Positions 55,592 through 64,000 of a stretch of DNA of 64,000 bases are shown here, piece by piece. The stretch comes from Eledone cirrhosa. Taxonomy: Eukaryota. The DNA lies in NCBI GenBank assembly GCA_964016885.1, contig OZ024746.1, forward strand, positions 15,562,001 through 15,626,000, in the 5' to 3' direction. A program made the position numbers and the translations under genes. Each line of letters opens with the position of its first letter. Within the stretch, counting starts at the first letter, position 1. The notes under the pieces were generated by a model. It was not told the DNA's origin. It saw only the letters and a list, made by a program, of their open reading frames with translations, and did not search any database.

Positions 55592-55738
55592 ATAATTGTT
55601 TCTACTTTTGGCACAAGGCCAGCAATTATCCCAGAGCATTACTGGTACTTTATTTTATCGACCCCGTAAGGATGAAAGGCAAAGTTAACCTCGGCGGGAT
55701 TTGAACTCAGAACGCAAAGGGCCATAACTCTATGCTGT
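55592..55738 (-). mobile_element. Truncated SINE
   Basis: Family match. Confidence 0.8.
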
Positions 55739-56060
55739 AAAACGTGTATATATATATATATATAATTTATTGTTAAAGAATAAAAACTGATAGAACGAAA
55801 ATATATTTTAATAAAATAGACCCCTTATGGTGTGTGGTCCTCAGCTATAGCTTATAGGTAAGTCCAGTAGTCGCTACATTGAGCTCAAAGAGGGTGTGTG
55901 GCTCTAAGCTATATATTATTTAACTTTAGGTAAGTCCAGCACGGGTCCACATCGATCGTCAATATTTTATTGCCTCTCGAGTTAAAACACTCTTAATAAC
56001 GATCTGAAGGATCAGAAAGTTTAAAATATGGAACCATTTGTTAAGCAAAATTCAACATTT

Positions 56061-56396
56061 AACCAAGGATGTAGAGTAAATAAGTATTAACCAAGGGTGT
56101 AGAGTAAATAAGTATTAACCAAGGGTGTAGAGTAAATAAATATTAACCAAGAATGTAGAGTAAATAAGTATTAACCAAGGGTGTAGAGTAAATAAGTATT
56201 AACCAAGGATGTAGAGTAAATAAGTATTAACCAAGGGTGTAGAGTAAATAAGTATTAACCAAGGGTGTAGAGTAAATAAGTATTAACCAAGTGTGTAGAG
56301 TAAATAAGTATTAACCAAGTGTGTAGAGTAAATAAGTATTAACCAAGGGTGTAGAGTAAATAAGTATAAACCAAGGGTGTAGAGTAAATAAGTATT
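56061..56396. repeat. 28-bp minisatellite, 12 copies
   Basis: Unit AACCAAGGGTGTAGAGTAAATAAGTATT. Confidence 0.95.
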
Positions 56397-56431
56397 TAAA
56401 ATGGCTTAAAACAGATTTAAAAAAATATATA

Positions 56432-56665
56432 TACAGGATGTTTAAAAAAATTTGATTTCAATGACCTGTTCCCAAGGTTGTCACATTGAAATATATATTG
56501 TGAATTAATGTTATAACGTGGACATGTTTTGGGGAATAAATCTTGTGTTACTCAACATGGAGTCTGCTTAGTCTCGTTGTCCTAGACCTTGTAGTTTCTG
56601 GGATATTTACATCTCAAATGATATTAAATTTTTTGATGATATTAAATTTTTTGAAACACCCTGTA
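56432..56665. mobile_element. Tc1/mariner-type MITE
   Basis: TA-CAGGATGTTTAAAAAAATTT ... AAATTTTTTGAAACACCCTG-TA. Confidence 0.7.
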
Positions 56666-57159
56666 TATAACATGCATTTACATTATTTTACGGCTGCATA
56701 AGTTTAGAACCACAAATATAAAATGTTGTAAAATGTGTGCAAATTCTTGATTACAAGTATGTCTATGGTATGATACTATTTGATGGCGAGGCTGGTATGC
56801 ATGGGCGACTGCTGGTCTTCCAGAAACAAACCTTGCCCACGCTTGTGCCTTGGAGGGAAATTTTCTCAGTACAAATCCATGATCATTAGTGATCGATGGA
56901 AGCCTTCATGCACACACGTGTGTGTATAAATGTCGAATTTGGGGCTTTTGATGCGCTGAGAATATATGTATATATATATATAAGATGAAAGTGCCGAAGC
57001 GCTTTCATCTAGCCGGTACCTGGGAGATATGGGGTTCACTTCTTCATAGCGACCGATGGCAATTTCTTTTCCCGCCTTTTAAGGGTTTTCATCCTATTTT
57101 ATAGGTTATCTATATAGCATTTCTGTGCTTGAGCACTTTCTTTACATTTATATACATAC

Positions 57160-57425
57160 AGCCGGGAGGTTATGAGTTCAATTTTCTGACCGGAGCATGC
57201 ATTGTGTCCTTGAGCAAGACACTTTATTTCACGTTGCTCCAGTTTACTCTGCTGTAGAAATGAGTTGTGTCGTCACTGGCGCCAAGCTGTATCGGTCATT
57301 GTCTTTCCTTTGGCCAACATCGGTGGTGTAGAGAGAGGAGACCAGTATGCATGTCCGAACCTGTTCCTCGAATGGGGAACTTTCTAGGTACTAATCCTAT
57401 GATCATTTTAACCGAAGGACGTCTT
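57160..57425 (+). mobile_element. Second, older SINE family
   Basis: GAGTTCAATT..GTGTCCTTGAGCAAGACACTT..CTCCAGT..AAATGAG. Related pieces occur at 19905-20200 and 56780-56900. Confidence 0.55.
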
Positions 57426-57866
57426 TATTATTTATCCCTATATATAAATGGTGGGAGGTATATATATATAAAGTAAGTAATATTTCATTGTCCTAGCTGA
57501 TTTTATGCTCATATGTTTTTTATGCAAGATATCAAAATTGTACTAATAACAATATCTGTTAGGTAGTTTTAGCAACTAATTTGCATCGAGGGGCTATTGA
57601 GCAACAAGTCGATATTTTTATATATAGATATGTTCATTATATATATATATATAAGCGTCGAAACATCTATGATCTATGATTTACAGCTGATGAAGGATTT
57701 CTTCTCTTGCTTCGTCCATATTACCATCTTAAACTTTGTTTACAGTAACCACACAGCTCGTTTCGTTTCTTGTAAACGGATGAAAAACCCAAAAGCACGA
57801 ACTTCATCCGTTCCCATGTCGATTCAATTTGGATTGCCTCGGAAACATAACCTTATTATGTAACAA

Positions 57867-57940
57867 GCTGTCTGATGATTACACGACACTCGCACACAGA
57901 ACAGTGTGGCCAGTGTCGTCATTGAAATATATATCACAGC
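57867..57940 (+). ncRNA. Type I hammerhead ribozyme with long stem II
   Basis: GCTGT-CTGATGA-[ACGACACT..CACAC/GTGTG..AGTGTCGT]-GAAA-TATATA-TC-ACAGC. Stem I, core, palindromic stem III and UH site are all present. Confidence 0.85.
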
Positions 57941-57945
57941 ATTAT

Positions 57946-58138
57946 GGCGGTGGATTGGCAGTATCGGTAGAGGGTCGGACGCCATGCTCTCCAGCATAGT
58001 TACGTCCCTTTACGATCTGAGTTCAAATCCCGCCGAGGTTGACTTTGCCTTTCATCCTTACGGGGTCGATAAAATAAAGTACCAGTAATGCACTGGGTAA
58101 TTGCTGGCATTGTGCCTAAAGTAGAAACAATTATTATT
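57946..58138 (+). mobile_element. SINE
   Basis: Full-length copy inserted directly 3' of the HHR at 57867-57940. Confidence 0.85.
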
Positions 58139-58342
58139 AAAGGACTTGAACATCTGAAACTACTTCGCTTTTCCTTATTCGATATTTACCCCGTCACTCC
58201 TATGTGGAAAAAGTACGTTGAGTGCTTGAATTGAATTGGATCAATATTTACCCTAATATATATATATATATATACAACACAGGATAACAATACAGTATAA
58301 TGAATATATATTAGTTTAATGCTTGATATAGTAGGAAAAAAG

Positions 58343-58378
58343 TCATAACGTTTCGGATGTTAGTCTTTCATCAGAAGA
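58343..58378 (-). ncRNA. Degenerate family B hammerhead
   Basis: Reverse complement: CTT-CTGATGA-AAGACTAACATCC-GAAA-CGTT-ATGA, within a diverged copy of the family B element. Confidence 0.5.
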
Positions 58379-59433
58379 GGAAGAAACGAAAAAAAATGGA
58401 GAGAAAACACGCGTGCATTTAGTCAGCCATCATATAGAGAGGGGTTGAGAATAACAGATATATACAACGAGAGAGGGAGAGAGAGGGGTGAGGGGTGAGT
58501 AGAAAAAGTGCAATAAAGAGGAAGAGAAAGAGAAGAAAGAGTAAAGTAAGAAGAAAGTGGGAGAGAAAAAAAAAAGGAAAAAAGGAAATGAAAAATTGGA
58601 GAAGGAAATTGTTATAGAAAACGAATGAGTTGTGTGAAGAAGAAAAAGGAAGGAAGGTGAGGTGGGGAAATAGAAAGGAAGAGAGAAAATGGAAAAGGTA
58701 AAAAGAATGTAGAAGGGAAAGAGAGGAGAGGGTGGTGGTAGTGAGGGGCGTATGAGGGAGGGTGGTGGTGTATTGTTAGTTGTTTTATCTCCTCTTACTT
58801 CTCCTCCCACCTCTTCTTCCGTCACCTTACTCTCAATGTCAACGTCCCCATCACCATCATCATCATCACCACCGCCGTCATTATTAGCACTGTCATTATT
58901 ATCACTCATCACCATCATCATCATCACTGTCATCACTATCAGTGTCAATATATCCACCATCATCATCACCACATACAACACAATCGTCACCAAAACCGCC
59001 ACCACTGTCAACACCTACACCTCTACTGTCATCAACACCACCACCACCACCACCTTATGAAGCTGTTGCTGCCAAGTAGCCACTAACCCCTCACCCCCCA
59101 CCCCACCCTTCTATCCAACGCAGGGTACCTTCCTCCCTTCTCCTTGATCCCCCCTCTCACTTTCCCATCTATCTGTCTAAGTATGTGGCGGTGTACGTAA
59201 TTATGTGTGTGTATGCATATATATATATATGCATGCATATGTGATTGCGTGTATATGTATGCATGCGTACGCGTGTGTGTGCATGCGTGTATATGTATGC
59301 ATGCGTACGAGTGTGTGTGTGTGAATGCATATGTGAATGTGTGTATATGTATGTATATATGTGTATATGTATCTATCTAAGTATGTGTATATACACATAC
59401 ATATATATGTATGTGTTTATATGTGTGGGTGTG

Positions 59434-59635
59434 TATGCGACGATGGCGTGTGCGCAGCCCGGCTGGCCGTCCTCCATCCGGGGCCTCGTCGCTGACTGTA
59501 TGGAAACGATGGCGGACGGTTAGTTGTTCATCCGGTTTAGGTTTCCGCTGAGTTTTAACACAGATTTCATCCCGGATACTTGTATCTGACGACATCTCCG
59601 GCTCACAACCCAATCACTCCATCTACTACCGCACG
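59434..59635 (+). other. CpG-rich unique segment ending at a splice donor; candidate first (5' UTR) exon
   Basis: High CpG density and CACG|GTAAGT at 59635/59636. All forward frames contain stops. Confidence 0.45.
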
Positions 59636-59916
59636 GTAAGTCAACACACTCCTCGCTTTTCCTCCTCACATCACATGCTTGCTCCAACCTATATATACAC
59701 ACTCGTGTATGTGTCTATATATATATATATATATATTATATTATATTATATTATATTATATTATATTCTTTCATATTTATATAGTTTTCCGTGTTTTTTT
59801 TTTTTTTTTTGCCTATCTTTTGTTTCGTAATTAATTCTCTAAACGAACTTATATTCTTATATTAATTAATTTTGAAAATTCACTACTACTTTATTATCCA
59901 CACACACATATATATA

Positions 59917-59969
<53 letters not shown>

Positions 59970-60860
59970 CATACCCACGAGTAACAATTGTGTGTACAAA
60001 TTATGCGAAGTTTCTATTTGTCTTGAATCAAAGTATATTTATTAACGGGAGAGATAGGGAGAAAGTATTTTAAATATACTTGTTTTGATTTAAAAAAAAT
60101 ATATATTTTAAAGTTTTAAACTTTTCTCGTTTCTTTTATCTCATGGACTTTCACTGCTTTTATATATTTAACCTGTCTTAAGGTAGTAAACTACGAACAC
60201 ATATGCACACCTAAGTATATATATATATATAGATAAAAACGTCTCCGTACTACGTAAAATGCACACAGACATAATTTATAACTTTCTAATTAATTGTACC
60301 CCTAACTAACAAATTCCAAGGTTATGTCTGGTAATAGTAATTAATAATAGATTTCTAAATAATATTTTATTAGTAACTTTTTCTCTATTTCCCACTAGTT
60401 GTAATAAAGTTTATCACATAAACATGTGCGTGTTTTAAATACTGATGAAAATTATACTGTGAATACATTAAATGCAATTTCAGAATTAATGTTTTTCTGT
60501 GTTAATTACCCATTTAATGAGAATATGTATATATATATTATTATTATTATTATTTATGAATGCAATTTTAATATAAAGTCATTAGTATTTCCAAACTTTT
60601 TCACATTTTAATTAGTATGAACAAATACCCCAGCAATCTTTTGAAATATTACCTATACATAGACAGACACATATATATACACACGTATGTATACTGCATG
60701 AATATATATATATGTATATATATACACACACACACACATGTATGTATACTGCAGGAATATATATATATATTTGATTATATTTCACTTCATAACCACTAGA
60801 CACATTTCGTAGAAGACTACGCGAGATTATTTTTGATATACACATAGACACACACAGCAG

Positions 60861-60894
<34 letters not shown>

Positions 60895-62067
60895 CACTAT
60901 ACCGCAGTCACCCACACACATCTCAGAAACACATGGAAGTAAATTGCGGCAAAAACACTTTTGTTATTATTACATCATTATAACCACTACTGGTACCAGA
61001 TTTACTAGTCTGAAACTAGTACTACTGCATACTCACTATAAGCTGTGAATTCTAAAAACATTTACTACGAACATCATATATTACTAATATTTACCGAAAT
61101 ACTACTAATGTAATGACATCGTCTTATGATAGATTTAAAAAGTAAAACCAATTCTTTAATTTGAATGTTGATTCTCAGAGTGGCTTTTAGGTAAAGTATG
61201 AACGTCACAACTTATTTGTTGACCGCTAAATAAAAAAGAAAAGACCTTGAAGTTTTAACCGCCCACTACGGAAACATTGTGTATATGAAGTATGATTTAA
61301 AATTTGATGAAGAATTGCTTATCCAGGGTACATTAGAATACCTGAGGTACCTTCGAATGGTTTGTGACTTACCTCAGTAATCAATTGTTTATGTGTCACC
61401 TTCAATACTTAGAATTAAGGACGGAATTTTTACAAATTTAAATCATATGAAATATTATTTTTCCTTATCGGATAAACTCAGTAAATTACTTTTAAATGTG
61501 TTTATTGTTAAAACAACGAATTTCTGCCTAACAATTTGTAAATAAGCAATATATAAGGATTATTTCCATATATAAACAGGCTTTTTAGGTTACCTCTAAA
61601 AGCTGTGTTTTCTGTTAATATATTCAACACCAACACTTACTTTACATCATATACAACATGTATTTATTTAATCTACACATTGTCCTCATAACTAGGACAA
61701 TGTTGGCCGACCAAAGTTTCATTCATAATATAATTATGGTTTGCTTAGTTAAACTACCAGGACATTGCATGTATGTATGTGTGAATGGGATTGTGAAGTG
61801 GATATGTATTCTACTCTGCCTTCACTCTCAACTTAATACAGTAAAAACTTTTAGAATTTAAAAGAAGCTGATGACAGTATTAGTTGGTAAACGGTTCAAT
61901 AAGATTACGATAATGGAATAAGCTGTGTACCAGGTGTATATACTAGATAGCCTGGAAGAAATGTGGCGACACGGTTTCGATTTTTCTTTATGACCATTAT
62001 TTCATTTAATACCTTCGCAAATAGTGACCACTATTGCTGAAGAAAGAAATTATTTCTTGATTTAAGA

Positions 62068-62121
<54 letters not shown>

Positions 62122-63600
62122 ATAATAAATCTTAGTTGTAACTTTTAAATCCCTATTTTCTTTTTCTTTAATATTTCCGTAAATATTATATTTCTATTTG
62201 TTGTGCAAAATGCCATTAATCGACCCCGTACTCAACTGGTACTTTTTATATCGACTTCGGAAAAATAGAAAGAATGGAAGCATTTGAACTCAGAACACAC
62301 AGATCGGTAACGAGACGCTACGGAACATTTTGTCCGGCACTCTACCAATTTTGTCAACCCACATATTGTGAAATATAAAAGTTGTGAGATTTATTACTTT
62401 TGGACGTGTGAGGAACTGTCTGAATGTGGAGAAATTGTCAATTATCGAAATATTTTTATGACGATGAAGTTAGAGGCATTTTTAATTAATTATTGAAATA
62501 TAATTTACATGCTGGAATTAAAACCAAGTCCCAGGTGTCTGTAGTAAGGTATTGCCTATATTCATCAAGCGGGGCGATGTGTAAAATGAAATCCATTCTA
62601 GTCGTGACCATCTCGTCTGTATAATGCTACATATTATGTAATGCCCTTTTTAAAAAAGACGGTAGCTTATGAATGGAAGATTTGGTTATTTCTAGCAGAG
62701 AGCCCCTGGGTGTAGTGAGTGGGGTTGTCTAGTGCTTTTTTTTTCTATCTCGTAAACTATATCCATATTGGTTAAGAAACCCAATATTCTCCGAACTCCT
62801 TACTATACCAATCACCTAAAATACAAAAAAAGTTATGCTATTAAGGACAGAATGTTGTGATGTTCATTCACACCTTTCCAAAAGCGAAATATTAGTTCCA
62901 CCTGGGATTAAAAACTACTGCTTAAAAATCAAAATTAATTCGGTCATAAACGAGAATGATTCCTTTAATTTAACTACACACCTGCCGTGGCTTTAGACAA
63001 AAATGTTTGTTAACCAATGTATTACTGGTACTTGTTTAATTGATAAGAAAACAGATGGACTAAATAGAAATATATGATCCGTATGCGACATTTCTGCAGA
63101 GGTGCAGTGCTACATAAGAGTTACTGTAATATAATAATTGCAGTTTTCTTGGGCTGTGTATGTGTGTCTTAGATTTCAGTAAAACCAAAAAAAACCCTGC
63201 CGTCATTGAAAATAGACTGGCAACTTTAAAAAAAAGTCCCCATACCCTAACTTAACTTGTGACTCGATTCCTTGCACATGAAATAAAATAGGATGTCCCA
63301 GATTTTCCAGTTAACATCTGTTCAATCTTATTTCTCTTACCCCCTCCCACAAATTACCTTCTACTTTTCTCTCCATTTTTCATTCTTTCCTTTCTTTCAT
63401 CTGTTTAGATTTCTCTCACGCCTCCTTCCCCTCTTTCTATCTTACTCTCTCTCTCTCTCTCTCTCTCTCTGTTATATATATATATAGTCTTGTAGTTCTA
63501 TATAACTATTGCTCTCGTTCTGCCTGCTTCACTATTCAACATCTGTCTGCATTTCTTTTTTTTTTCCCCCATTGAGGACATTGCCCGATGCGGGTTTTTT

Positions 63601-63634
<34 letters not shown>

Positions 63635-63706
63635 CTTTCCTCCTCTACCTCACTCTCTCTTTTGACACCAACATACACTACTTATACCGTCTCTAGCTAG
63701 ATGTGC

Positions 63707-63752
<46 letters not shown>

Positions 63753-63763
63753 CTGTGTGTGTG

Positions 63764-63796
<33 letters not shown>

Positions 63797-64000
63797 GTGT
63801 GTGTGTGTGTGTGTATATATATGTGTGTGTGTGTGTGTATATATATATATGTATGTGTGTGTGTGTGTGTGTATATATATGTATGTGTGTGTATATATAT
63901 ATGTATGTGTGTGTATATATATATGTATGTGTGTGTATGTATATATGTATGTGTGTGTATGTATATATGTATGTGTGTGTATGTATATATGTATGTGTGT

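Overview
AT-rich eukaryotic genomic DNA saturated with microsatellites ((TA)n, (CA)n, (GA)n, (AGT)n, (ACC)n). The repeat content resembles an invertebrate, probably octopus/cephalopod, genome (inference). Nearly all long ORFs in the track are simple-repeat artefacts and no complete gene is visible. Supported content: about 20 copies of one tRNA-headed SINE, several minisatellites, Tc1/mariner-type MITEs, decayed LINE fragments, a degenerate intron-containing tRNA-Tyr(GTA), two candidate exons, and a 5'-truncated Penelope-like element (PLE) with a GIY-YIG endonuclease. The main unexplained structure is a set of about 20 minimal hammerhead ribozyme (HHR) motifs, from at least 8 sequence families, found by eye. 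They sit in short non-coding elements inserted into microsatellites. Many of these elements are fold-back palindromes whose apex lies at the ribozyme. One is a 465-bp circularly permuted, retrozyme-like unit. The family tied to the PLE carries a non-canonical core (CAGUUGA). All folds were read manually and none were computed.
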